A stretch of DNA of 64,000 nt from Podarcis bocagei. Its lineage: Eukaryota. A program made the translations under genes and the position numbers. Each line of letters opens with the position of its first letter. Position 1 is the stretch's first letter. Shown here in pieces: positions 22,903 through 35,794 of this stretch. The notes below the pieces were generated by a model. That model made no database searches and had not been told where the DNA came from. It saw nothing but the letters and a program-made list of their open reading frames with translations. The stretch is from NCBI GenBank assembly GCA_964188305.1, contig OZ076890.1, one strand, 5' to 3'.

Positions 22903-23374
22903 TGTTAGTATCTCAGCTCACAGGCAGAGGTACCTGGCCTCCCCCGAGGCAATTAAGCTGGATACTTGATGACCTCTCCGCTGCGTCTCCCGGCAGGCTA
23001 GGTCATAACTCCGGCGATTCTCCTCATCAATCAGACGTGAAGAACACACCCTCCGCTACTCTGCTTCCCTCTCCCTCCCTGCATTCTCCCAGGGAGGAGA
23101 AATGAGACAGACAGGAGTCCTTTCTACATGTTTATTCCTGTCACTCAACAGTACATAGAATTGCACCTGTTCCCTTCAGACTCCATCAGAAGAGACTCAC
23201 ACTCCTCCCCTGTACTTCCAGCACAGGTCACATGACACTCTGAGCTAACATCCGGTGCTCAGTACAGAGAATAGGCTCCACCTTTTCCCCAGCAGTACAG
23301 CAGCAAACCACAACATCCTGTTTTGCATTCCAGCAATCTGGAGCTGGCTTTTGCATTGGTGCTTTTTCCCAACA
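22903..23374 (-). repeat. 5' LTR of the copia element
   Basis: TGTTGGG...CTAACA on the minus strand; CCAAT, TGTGGTTT (RUNX-like), GTCATGTGAC (23227-23236) and AATAAA (23131-23136); no clear TATA box. Confidence 0.96.
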
Positions 23375-24835
23375 CTAACATCTAAGATACATCTAAGAAA
23401 TGAGACTGGTTTTCTGCACAGTGTTTGTACTGAAGAAAAAAGTAGCAAATTAGGGGCTGGAATAAAGGCAGCAGAAGAGACCTGAAGGTTTTTGTTTCTA
23501 GTTTGAAAACGGTTTTATAAACATGAGGGGTGTGGGTGTCTCAAGGCACACTGTTTTCATTGGGGAACTGGTTCATAGAACAACACAGTCTGATTTGCCA
23601 TGCTCAATGTGTACATTTATAAATAAACAAAGGGAACATAAGTCACCAATGCTGTCTGTTATCGCAAAGAAACAGATCCTGTAAAGAGGCCAACCGTAGA
23701 ACTTTCTAACACTTGGGAATAGGGAACCTCCCTGCTTTGTGTAAGACTATTGCAACCTTACTTTTCACAGCTGTTGAAAACTTGGGAGACATGGACTGCA
23801 AGCCGACTGATTGTCTTTGGTTGAAATTATACCTTTCTAGTGGAGAGTTGTACATTAGGAAGTGGACAGAGCTCACTTAGTTAATGGAGCACTGGAGTTT
23901 TCGAGTAAACGAAACTAATGAATCCCTGTAGTGCTGGCAGGGCTAGTCACTGGCCCAATAACAGGTGGCTAATTGGCCCAGCTGGGACCAAATATGGGCA
24001 ATGTTAGCTAGTTGGCAAAGGAGCTGCATAAATCTGCACTGATGGCTCTGGAGAGAGACAAAGTTCTAGGGGAGGGGGAAGTTAGCCTGAAGGGCAACCT
24101 GGGGAATTGAAGGGGATTCAATTTGCTTCTTAGAGTTAAAAGTTGTTTTTAAGATATGGTTGACTGTTCATATCTTATATGATATGAAATTAAATATTTT
24201 ACATTGTTAAACTTTGTTTTAGCAGTAAACTGAAAACTTAAGATGAAGTATCTGGATCTTCTAATGGACTTGGCTGATTATTATTTTCTAGCTTTTGTTC
24301 CTTGCTCTGGTCTAGAGGTTCTCTGTTATGAATGATGAAGGTTTTAGTCTGATAATCACCTCCTCATACAATCAGAAATTCCTGCTGCTTCTATATTTCT
24401 GCTAAATCTAATCACCTGTGAGCTAGAAAGGCTGAGGAGAGATGTTTGACAGTCCTTCCCTCCTCTCCCCTGGAAGACAAGCTTCACCAATTTGCAGCCT
24501 TTTCTTCCCACACGAGGCTTGCAACTGGGACTTGGTTTCCAGCCTTTGGGTTGCAATGTGATTGTAAAACCAAAGTTGGCCCAAATGCCTGTTCATAATT
24601 GTAAATGTCTCCTTTTAACAACAAATCCGATGTTGACATACATAAATTACAAGAGAGAGGCTCAAAGGCAATTCGAGCCTCATGCATGAGTATACAGCTC
24701 ACAGGAGAGGAAAGAGATTTTGTTTTTTAGCAGTTGTGGGGAAAGCTCACAAATGTTAGTGTAACTGTGCAAGGGAAGTGGGGTTGCCTTTAACTACACT
24801 GAAATTATTCTAATGCTTCTGCTTCCAGATGGTTC

Positions 24836-24842
<7 letters not shown>

Positions 24843-24896
<54 letters not shown>

Positions 24897-24898
24897 TG
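24843..24898. repeat. (CT)n(GT)n compound microsatellite
   Basis: Direct inspection. Confidence 0.95.
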
Positions 24899-25124
24899 AC
24901 ATAGTGGGTATATTCTCATCTTCCCTTTAGAAAAGTGTAGACAATGTTCTTCTGCAGAGGAATAGGCTTCATTTGTCATATTTACTTGGGAATGACTCCC
25001 ATGAATTTCAAAATCAGGATTTCAACCTAATTTCACTTCCTGTTATATTAATTTTGAATGTCCAAATGAACAGGACATATATAATCAGTGAAACTCTTTT
25101 ATCAGCTCAATGGGACTTTAGGTA

Positions 25125-25245
25125 AGATCCCTTCTTCAACCTGGTGGCCTCCAAATGCTTTAGACTACAACTTTGATTATCCCAGACCACTGACTATGGT
25201 AGCTAGGTATGATGGGAGATGAAGGACAAAGTTGGAGAAGGCTGG
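25125..25245. mobile_element. Degraded hAT-type MITE
   Basis: CCTTCTTCAACCTGGTG...GACTACAACT...GATGGGAG...GTTGGAGAAGGCTG. Confidence 0.55.
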
Positions 25246-26562
25246 TGCATAAGATCATAGCCTAAATATTTGCAACATGTGGTTTGGGTTTGAGAGCACA
25301 TTGGAGGATATACCAAGTTCTTCAGGGCAATGAGACCTCTAGATAACAGTATTCTGTATCACTGAACATAATATGAATGTACAGTACAAGCAAATAGGAC
25401 ACAATTACTATTTGCAATATAAGAAAACTAGTTCTTCACAATCCTTTGCTTTATCTTGAAAAACACAATGCTATTGTTGAGAAATTCCAGTTATGCAGTC
25501 TCCAGTCATGAACCTTAGGGTCACAGTGAATAGGTAGCAAAATTGCAAAAGTTTTTCCAGCATTTCCCCCCTATTTGTTCATAGTGACCTGAGGTTCAAG
25601 CTAGCACCAGACATGTACTGCTTATTAAACAGCATATTACACACAAACTACCTGACTCTTATTTTGCAGGTGGATGCGTGATGGAATCTAACAGAATTCA
25701 GAAGTTTTAAACTGCTTTGTTTTTTTGTTTCCTCCCAGAAAACTAAATATATTCATTGCAAACACAGGAGTTCATGCAGTATCCTTTGTCGTTGAGACAG
25801 AGAGAATGCCAGCTCATCCTAAACACCTCAGATATCCCATTGGGGCAAAATGCTCTGATATACAACTTTAAGAATGTATTATATCTAAATTTAAAGGTTT
25901 CTTATTTTGCCTACTACATAATAGAGGAATTATTCTTTGATGGGTAGAACAAGAAAACTACAACAGCCTTATTTTCATCTTCAAATCTCCTTCACTTAAT
26001 GGATGGAAGAGTGGTTTGTTGTGTTTGCTTCCACAGGTCCTACCCCTAATCACACAGTCAGCAGAATTTGTGCATGTTGCACTATGTGTATGCAACAGTA
26101 TGAATAATTCATAGCATGATCATACAAGGTTCTCAATGGCATGGAAAAGCAACAGTTGCACATAGAGCTACATTCACATGAATTGCTGAACAAGCATAGA
26201 TCAGAGCCAGGACCAGAAGACTTGCTTCTGTTTCCACACAGACAGCGAGCGTGGTCTAAAGGGTTATTAGACTCATTGGAACCTTAATCTGCAGGTACTA
26301 TGTCCTGGTATGTGCTGAACTATGGGCAGTATATAGGAGTAGAAAGTGAGCAGGCTTGCCAGGCTTGCAAATAACGATTTTTAACACTTACTCAACCTTT
26401 ATTTATTGCCTATGAATTTGTTGGATGGAGAAAGGGGAAAATGAATTAATTTTAAAAGGATATCTGAAAAGATGTTTTAGAGAAGGCAGCAAGTGAATAA
26501 AACAACTACATGACTGCTCACAGTTTCCACTACATTCCATGGGGTTTACCCCTCAGTAAGTA

Positions 26563-26804
26563 CAGTGGAACCTTGGTTGCCGAATGTAATCCAATCCTGA
26601 AGACCGTTCGACTTCTGAAATGTTCAACAACCAAGGAGCAAACAGAGAATGACAATTTCAATGGTGAAAATAGAAAAACTGCACCATGGAAGCCCTTCGA
26701 CTTCCATGCAGCATTCGAAAAGAGAAGCAATTACTTCCAGGTTTTCGGTGTTTGAAAACCGAAATATTCAGCTTCTGAGACGCTCAAAAACTGAAGTTCC
26801 ACTG
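26563..26804. mobile_element. Tc1/mariner (Tigger-like) MITE
   Basis: TIRs CAGTGGAACCTTGGTT / AACTGAAGTTCCACTG with TA flanks. Confidence 0.8.
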
Positions 26805-27824
26805 TATATCTAGAATTGCACCTTACAATACAACAATCTGCTACATTTGTCTACTCAGTAATAAACCTCATTAAGTCCAATAAAACGTAAGTAGGAAATA
26901 GTTTTATAAAGTTTTCTCCCCTGTAAGGGGCGAATAATTTTAATACACGAAAGCTAGATCCACGCAGGCTTCCAAAGATTCCAGTTGGCTATATCTCTAT
27001 CTCTTATCACATTCACATTTTGTTTATTTGTTCATTTTGTTACTTTCTTACCCTTCCTTATATTAGATAAATGCATTTAACTAATGTGTATCTAATCTGC
27101 TGCCCTGAAATCTGCCACTTCAAATGTGATGAATGAAAGAGCCATATTTTTTTCTACAAGGTTTCTCCTTTAGATTTCCTTGTGATGCCAGAAGACAGAC
27201 GGAGGATTGAGTCTTGGTCCCTTAGGATGTTTTACTGTTGTAATGGAATTAATAGACCTGACCAAATGAATGATTCATGAATGCAATACTACTTGACAAA
27301 GCTTCCCAGCTGAGTTTAGTCCAGCCCAGGAACTTGGTGTGATTACAAGCGTGAGATTTTCCTTTGTAACAAGACATATAAATAAGAGAAAACACTTTGT
27401 TGAACTTCTTTTTATCAAACTTCCAACAGAACTAGAAGATACTTAACAAAGTCTTGAAATGTAGATAAAGAGTTTTCAGTTTAAGATGAAGACTTCTCTC
27501 GCAATCCTCATGCAGATAAAATACAGATAGTTCTGACTAGATTCAATTTCTGAATCACAAAACAGTCAGGTGGGTTCATGCAATAAGGAATGATCACATC
27601 TGTTTCCAGCCACAATCTGTGACCACAAAACAAAGGAGTGGAAGCAAATTCCCCCTCCTTCCTATGGGAACCTTGGGTATGTGAACCTGACAAGGGTACC
27701 CAAGAGGCATAAATAAAGGGCACCCGCAAGGAGACTCCAGGCCAAAGGCAGTGAAAGATAACTAAACTGTGTCCTTGATCCAGAAATGCCTCATGGTGTT
27801 TAACCAACCAGTTCTTAAAACAGG

Positions 27825-27955
27825 TCCAAGGATGCAGAACCTCTGAGAACCTGTAACCCTCCAGTTGTTGTTGGACTCCCAGATCCTATTGTTTGCAGCC
27901 AGCACAGTCAATGGTGGTCAGCAATCAGGGGAGTTTACAGGTTATCTCCCCCTAG
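27825..27955. mobile_element. Degraded hAT-type MITE
   Basis: AACCTGTAACCCTCCAG.TGTTGTTGGACT...TTACAGGTT core similar to the other copies. Confidence 0.45.
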
Positions 27956-28094
27956 CTTAGTCAAACCTCTTGCCTCCCCAAATAATCTCTCTTCATAGAA
28001 GCATTTTTGTATTCACTTGCTTGAAAGTATTCCTCATTTAAATTAGTGGAGCATTTTTCTGAGTAGATATGCATATAATCACTATTGAAAGTAG

Positions 28095-28480
28095 TGATAA
28101 GTTTCAGTTTCTCTCAGTTTCTCATTTTTCTAATCTTAATTCATATCTCCACATTTCCACATCAGTTAGAGGATTTTTTTTTTTTTAAAAAAAGTCCTCA
28201 TGAAAATTCAAAAGCATTTTAGTGTGAATATATTTTTAATACACACTTATTTAAAGATACACTTGGGATCTGCCTAATATAGAGCATTTAAATTTTTTTT
28301 TACTAATCTATGCACTATTATGCATAATCTATGCAGACTCAAGTATGTGCAATTTTGTACACATTGCTTGGCTGGAGAACGGCATTGTAAAATTCAGAGA
28401 AGTACAATTTTCAAAATGATTGCTTTTTTTCAGTTCACATATTGTTTCAGAAAGTGCAAATTAGGTAGGTTTACTAGCAG
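28095..28480. repeat. AGGGATG...CATCCCT-family repeat, partial
   Basis: Collinear with 40247-40668 (CACATTTCCACA, AGTCYTCATG.AAATTCA, ATTGTTTCAGAAAGTG, AATTAGGTAGGTT). Confidence 0.65.
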
Positions 28481-30160
28481 CCAAGTGCTGCCTTTAGGTA
28501 GCTTTTTATATTCTACTATGGTAATGATATTACTAATCATCTTGTAAAGTTCAAATGCATTGTTATGAATCTGGGGCTGCAAGACACACTAAATTCATGC
28601 TTAAGTTAGTGGTAGAATTTAATTTAGGTTTGTAGTATTAAAGCCAGGAAATAACCAGTCTTTAGGATAGACCCAAGTGTGTATTTGAACCGTGCTACAC
28701 CTTGCTAGTCATTTAATTAAACCAAGCGCTAGATATAATTACGTCAGAACTGGCCTCCTGCGTGAATCAAAGAAACTTGCCTGAGAGGGAAAAGAGGTGG
28801 GGCCCTTTCGGCTGGAGAGAGAGAAACAAAGAGCCTAGAGAAGGGAGGGGAAACAATGTTTTAGAATCAGATTCTCAAACCTTTATTGGCATATGCACAA
28901 GATTCTAGAAGGTGTCTGTTTGAATCAAATGCTGTGCTTATGGAGAATACAAGACCTTCTTGGAGTGAAATGATGAGGACCCCTCCACTGTAGCCTCAGG
29001 TTGTATATATGTGGAAATAAACCATAAGACACCACAGTCTCCTCCATGCCTCACTTTCCAAAAGGGAACACAGACCCTGGGTAAGTGCCTGGAACACCCT
29101 GGAATTTTGTACTGTTGTGGATATTGGGAGTGGCATGTAGCTGTACTTACTGAAGGCAGGATGGCTGATCAGTAGCATTTCACAACTAAGCCAATCCAAT
29201 TATACAGTTAACTTTATCCCTGAATGAAGGTGTCAGATCTATTTGTTTTCCGTTCCTATCCTGCAGCCCTGATAATTCAGTTGAAGAAAGATATTTCAAA
29301 GTCCAATGAGGCTTTTATTGGCCCAGCTTTTGCTGCACAAATCAGCAAGAGGAAAATGAAATTTTCCCAGGAAACATTTGTTTCCAGAGAGAAATGGGTG
29401 GAGGAGACCAGGCATGTTTCTGCCCTATCATCAGTCACCTAAGGCAGATGACCTACCTGACCTAACCACAGGGCTATTTTTCTAGATAAGGAGTCAAGGT
29501 TTATCTATGAGCCATGCCATATTGTCAATCAACCTCTTCTTTTCCACAAAGGCAAGTAGTTGCATTTCTGCTTGTGAAGAGGCAGCCTCTTGGGAGCAGT
29601 GGGTGCTTGAAAACTGTGAATAAATTAAACCAGGTAAGATTTTGCAGGCATCCTTATTGAATGGTTGCAAAACTTCTAAAAAAAAAAAAAAGCCTATGTT
29701 TATTCAGCAGGAATGCTTGCAAATCCTAACTGATTTTCAAGGTGAACCAGAACATGTAGAGGAAGGGAGGAAGCAGCAGCAGCTACTTGATTTCTCATAG
29801 GTCCCATTTAGTTACTCAGGATGCAATCTATATTCCCAATCCCCATCCTAGAGAGATTTGATGGACACATTCCACCCAGTGCAGAACAGCTCCATTGACC
29901 TTTGTCTGTGGAGTTGTCTTAGTATCATGAAGCTTCCTGTTCCACCCACTTGCGAGCTTGGCTTACTGCTGAGCATTTTGGAAGCAGATAGGTGCTGAGT
30001 TGGCTCATGATGCACTGGATTCTGTGGTGGGCCCACTGAATCCAATTGATGGCATTGGATCTGATCACTACACCATCTTGCCTTTTGCTCTAGCTGGTGT
30101 GAGCAACAGGGCCATAGCAGTGACAGCTATGCCACTCCACTCTACCCAGATGGCATTTGG

Positions 30161-30536
30161 TAAAAGGTAAAGGTGAAGGGACCCCTGACCATTAGGTCTA
30201 GTCGTGACCGACTCTGGGGTTGCGGTGCTCATCTCGCTTTATTGGCCGAGGGAGCTGGCGTACAGCTTCCGGGTCATGTGGCCAGCATGACTAAGCCGCT
30301 TCTGGTGAACCAGAGCAGCGCACGGAAACGCCGTTTACCTTCCCGCCAGAACGGTACCTGTTTATCTACTTGCACTTTGATGTGCTTTCGAACTGCTAGG
30401 TTGGCAGGAGCTGGGACCAAGCAACGGGAGCTCACCCTGTTGCGGGGATTCGAATCGCCGACCTTCTGATCAGCAAGTCCTAGGCTCTGTGGTTTAACCC
30501 ACAGTGCCACCTGTGGTTTAACCCTCTGCGCCACCC
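30161..30536 (-). mobile_element. Sauria SINE with 11-bp TSD
   Basis: Reverse complement of 10869-11220; TSD ATGGCATTTGG at 30150-30160 and 30537-30547. Confidence 0.93.
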
Positions 30537-31547
30537 ATGGCATTTGGACTGTCATCCTAAACACAGATACAAATTTGCTAAGGGGAAAATTGTGAGAAAG
30601 TTAGCAAACTTAAGCCCTCCACCTGTTTTTTTTGTTTTTTTTTGGTTAAGCAGATGCTTAATTTATCCCCATAAAAACCAGTAGTTTAAAAATCATTCAT
30701 TTTGGGTGGATCATGTCCTACAATTTGAATGGCCATTCTTAAGGCGCCTTTAATTGGCCCTACAGGCTCAATGTGGTTGCTAAAATTGCCAGATTATATA
30801 ATTGGGATTTGAGTGCTGCGTTTGCTGTGACACCATAGGTTGTTTCCAGTTAAAAATGCTTTATATATCTATATGACAGTTTGGAGCATTTAAATATTTC
30901 TGCTGGGTTCCATTTGCTGAAATATAGCACCGAGGCAATCAACGGTACAATTGCACCATTCAGATTTCTACAGCCCCTGGCTAGCCATAATACAAATGAT
31001 TCAACTTTCCTCAGCAGTCTTTATGACTTACAGTTACAGTCTATAATACTGCGGCACTAAACTTCATCCTCCTATTCAAATTACTTGCAAAGGAAACCAG
31101 AAATAGCTGGGACAGTCACAAAACTGCCAATATCAATATTGCCAAGAAAAAGCTAGCTGTCCTCTAAGAATCAAAATCAACTGTAAAGCAATTTGGACAT
31201 TTTAAAACAATTTCTATGAAAAGTTAACCTTGGCTTTATTAGAAATTTGAATCAGAGAGATATTAAACCATTTCAAAGCTGGCATTTTTGGGGGGATGTA
31301 GTTGACCTATGGGGGTACCCATGCCTTGATATCAAAGGTCTCTGGAACCAATTAAACATAACCAGATGCAGAAGTGAATAATATATATGCTGGTTTTTTT
31401 AAATACCCACATTTGTAATGTGTCATATATTCAATAAGCCATACTAGATTAGAAAAGGTGATTTCATAAGACTATCTTATATTAGGTACTAATGCTGCAA
31501 TGTGATCTACAGTTATTCATTATTTCAAGAGTTTCATGTAGAGGCAA

Positions 31548-32248
31548 GTTTTGGTATCTTTCTGTCTTAAGAGACAATGGAGTGCACCTATGGGGGTGAA
31601 TCCAAACTGCTGCATTAGCAGCACCGAAGTGACCTCTCTGGGGCACAAGCCTGCACTGAGTGTATGGAGGTCCTCAGCTGCCCAGAGAACAAGACCCCTC
31701 TCTTTGCCATGTTGCTGTGGCCCAAAGGAAAGCAGTGCAATACATTTGGCACCAGCTTGGCTGCAGAAGTTGTCAGAAGAAGGTATAAACATGCCATCCA
31801 ACCATCCTAAGGACTCAACTCTGGATTAGTGTAGGGTTTGCTCCTTAGCCTTTTCTTCTAGAGAATATATTGTGCAAGGCAGCAGAAATTTAGGGTCAGA
31901 GTTTTCTTCTTCCCAGGTTGATGAGCCCCATCTGTCCCTTACTTCCCTCTACAGCACATGCAGAAACCGCCTTCTTGACTGTTGGACCATATTATCTGCT
32001 CAATCCACTGAAGCCTGTCTTATTGTGCAGAGGAAGTGTCTGACTCACAGAGGATTTGAGACTCACTAACTATTCACACCTGGTTTAGCCAGCCAGTTGA
32101 AGCTGGCTGCTGTTGCATGCTGACAATTTCTAGGAGCCACAGGTGAGAGCTGAGTGCAGGGTGGGGACCAAAGGTAGATAAGCTACCCTGGAAGGAGCAC
32201 AACAAGTCTATCACCAGAGGTACTCCTCTCCCCTCCCCAACACCCCAT
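31548..32248 (-). mobile_element. Non-autonomous (bipartite) RTE-clade element, near full length (~700 bp)
   Basis: RTE-type 3' tail fused to ~600 bp of non-coding sequence; homologous to 965-1483 and 38425-38500. Confidence 0.7.
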
Positions 32249-32808
32249 GATCAGGTTATTATCAAGTTATTGCATATTAATCATTCATTATCAAAATAAC
32301 ATACTGCAGCCAATTTCATGGACACAAGTTCAAAATACTTCCCCAGAGAAATTAATGACAAATAAACAATAGTTCCCTCTTTCATCAATATGTCCAATGG
32401 TTATTCCTTTCTTTCCCCCCCCTCTACATTTGTCTAGGGCAGTTCAGTGAAAATATGCTGAAAAGTAAATGACACTGTATTTCTTACCTTACTGCAAGGA
32501 AGCAAACATAGGTTTATTGCTTGTTTATGCCTTTCCTCCCTTTATTTCCCAAATATTTTTGGTAAAGTAATAAGCAACATACAGTATCCTGTGGGTTTGG
32601 GAAGGGTACTCACTGTGTGAGTAAAATATGTAATGGGTCTGTCCTAATACCAAGAAATAGCAGCAGTCTGGAAAACTTCACTAGCTACCGTATATTTGTC
32701 TGTGATCAACAACTCAGCACAGCAGCTAGGACTTATTATGCAGGCAGGACTAAGGTTTCTACTGAGCTAAGAATGGAACCACACCTGGGAAGGGTGGTTT
32801 CTATTACA

Positions 32809-33060
32809 GAAGAAGAAGAAGAGTTTGGATTTGATATCCCGCCTTTCACTCCCCTTCAGAAGTCTCAAAGTGGCTAACATTCTCCTTTCCCTTCCTCCCC
32901 CACAACAAACACTCTGTGTGGTGAGTGGGGCTGAGAGACTTCAAAGAAGTGTGACTGGCCTAAGATCACCCAGCAGCTGCATGTGGAGGAGTGGAGACGC
33001 GAACCCGGTTCCCCAGATTACGAGACTACCGCTCTTAACCACTACACCACACTGGCTCTC
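32809..33060 (-). mobile_element. tRNA-derived CORE/MIR-like SINE (Squam3-like)
   Basis: Minus-strand head GAGAGCCAGTGTGGTGTAGTGGTTAAGAGC (A box)...GGTTCGCGTCTCC (B-box-like), CORE-like GGTGATCTTAGGCCAGTCAC, and (TTC)n tail. Confidence 0.85.
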
Positions 33061-35794
33061 AATCTCAGATCAGGCATGTCTCTTAAAGTGACAGGCCACA
33101 CTCACTACACAGCTGGGGAAAAGGGGAAAAGAAAAAAGTAATGTCTCTTTATGCTTGCAATTCTGCACATGTTTAAATCCCATGAATTTCAATGAGAATA
33201 AAGCAGCCTAACTGTATAGGAATGCAACAGATACTTCTAATATATTCATATCAATTCTAAAGGCATATAGTCCTTTGCTGAGCATGCATATTTCTTCTCT
33301 CTGAGTGCAAGGATTCTTGTACATAACTGTCACCAAGGAGCTCAGCCTCTCTACTGTTTTAAATATGGCCTTAGTACCTTCATTTTGAAACCTCCCTGTT
33401 GCCTAGGCTTAGGCAGTATCTAGCTGAAGTGTGGATTTGCTGGCCTCTGTCCATATTAATCAACAAGAGGGACTCTCACTAGCTATGGAGAGGGGATTAA
33501 AACTTCTGGGGAATGCAAATACCTTTCTCTAAGGCTGCAATCTTAACCCATTTATCTGTTAATAAGCTACACTGGATGTCAACGTTCACCTTTTTAAAAG
33601 GGAAATTCCCTTATTCCGAATAGGATTCCTCGCAAGAAAAGGGAAAAGTTGACAGCTATGCACTGAGTGTAACCCAGTCAAGCCATACTGGGTACATCTT
33701 GATTTGTCCTACTGATGGAGGAAGTCCTGATGCAGGAAGCTCCATAGCTGAAGCATTGACATCACTGGTAGTCAATTAAGACAATTAACATCTATCAGCA
33801 TTACTTACAAATTTAAACCCTTCCCTGGAACACACTTTTTCACATCATATTCTTTTCCACTCATGTTGGGAAGTTGGTGGGATGCTTAGAAATTGATGGT
33901 GGACACACTTAGATCACATGATAGCCTAGGTTATTTTTTGTCCTAGAGGCTTCTTCCCTCAGGTGACCAAACTTACAAAAGTCTTCTCTAAACCCATATG
34001 GCCCCATTTCCTTGGGTTAACTCCTAGCCAGCTTAGTTTACCCTTCTTTCCCTTTATTCCTAGGGTCTCCACCTCCCTTCAGTTATTTTTATACTCATAT
34101 TGTCCATAGGACTAGGCATTGTTAGACACCATGAATTAATTCTTTATGAATTTTTGGGGAACAAAATGCCAGCTTTTTGACAACATTATGCCTCCTTTTA
34201 TTTGGAAACCTCCAGGAAAAAGGCCAAGGATAGGCTGACTCTTCTAGTTTTCCTTATGCATGGAACTGCTATTATACTGTTGCGTATGACTGCCTGGCAC
34301 ACATAAGCTTCTCCAAATTTGATGTTTGAATCCTTCTATCTTTAGTGCCCAGTAGCTTTAATAAAAGTAGTACATTCTTATATTCACATTGTTGTTGCCT
34401 TACTGGTAATTGTCTGTGGGATGACTTTTAGGTGCAAAGACGAAGACACACATTCCTCTTTCACACATGAACATTAGCATGTGTAAATGAGGATGTGTGA
34501 TAGCATGCCTAAAAATATACTAGTAGGCCCAGGTTTTTTTGTCTAACAGTACTGTCCATGGCAGCTGTTTTGTGCTGCCACCTAAAGCACTTTTATCAAT
34601 ATATGACTGCCAGCACATTCTCTTATTTTGCCACCACCCCTCACAGAGTAGACCTATTAAAGTCCACTGATTTCAATGGATCTGCTCTGAGTATGGTTAA
34701 CTCTGTTTACTATGCTGTCTTTACATTCTTCCTGTAGGAGATCACTGAATATTGTGGAAGACTAGATGCTGATTTTTGTGTAGTATAAAATACAACAATT
34801 TTGCATATTTTGTGGGAGTGTAGATTGAATATTGGTTGGTTCAAACTGAAGCCTACAGTTTTAATAAAACACATGGTACTACACCAAGAGTAAATTTGGC
34901 CCAGAAACTCTTGTGGCTACATCATCTACTATCCAAATTACAACATTTCCTTCTGTAATTTAGGCATTCCTTTGATCCATAGTTAGATGCCTTTGTCACC
35001 CAACAGATGGCTGGCAAGTTAATGTTTCCCCAAAGTATACTTTCCTGCAGCATATGTGACTATTAGAGACTGAAGAATAATTGGGCACTGAACTGAGATT
35101 CTATACATGTATGAGCATTGATAATGCTACGTGCTTATGATGACCTGTATTATAATAACTTTGCTGAGAATATTGCAGATGTAGGAGAAATAAGAACACT
35201 TCAGACACATGAGATATAAAGCACTTATTCACATTGGATTATACACATAAGGTGTGTGTGTGTTCTGCCGATTCCCTCCTGTTTTTACAATCCTCCTCAC
35301 CATTTACTACAACATTAGAAGAGGTCATCCCAAGTCAGAAGTAGTTTTGGGGGTACACAGGGAAAGGGACATATAAAAATCCCCTTGTGCATGTAAACTT
35401 GAGGAAGGGTGATGTGGAAGGAAAATCAGGATCCAAGCCAGTAAAACTAACATATTGCTCTTTCACTGGCATGGACAACTGGATAGTTAACAAAGAACCA
35501 ATTTCCATACCATGAGAAATGGCAGGAATAGAGGAAACTGGGATAAAATGATTGTCTGTAGAACAAGACTTCTGTTAAAGCTTTAGAATGCTGGAGCTGT
35601 AAACTCTGAGGCATAGCGTGAAGTCATTTATGTGCCATCCTAAGGAACTTGGGCAACAATCTTATACAGAAATCGCATCTTCCACAGGGGCTACATTCCT
35701 GGCTATCACATGTATAAGTAAAATTGTATAAAGTCAGAACACTCCTGAGAAAACTAAGAACCAAGCAAATCCCTCTGACCTCCTCCATGCAAGT

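Larger units (their letters stand above)
19322..23374 (-). mobile_element. Ty1/copia LTR retrotransposon, young, non-autonomous (lacks RT/RNase H)
   Basis: Two 472-bp TG...CA LTRs; 5-bp TSD CTAAC (19317-19321 and 23375-23379); PBS next to the 5' LTR; PPT next to the 3' LTR; copia domain order gag-PR-IN. Confidence 0.96.
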
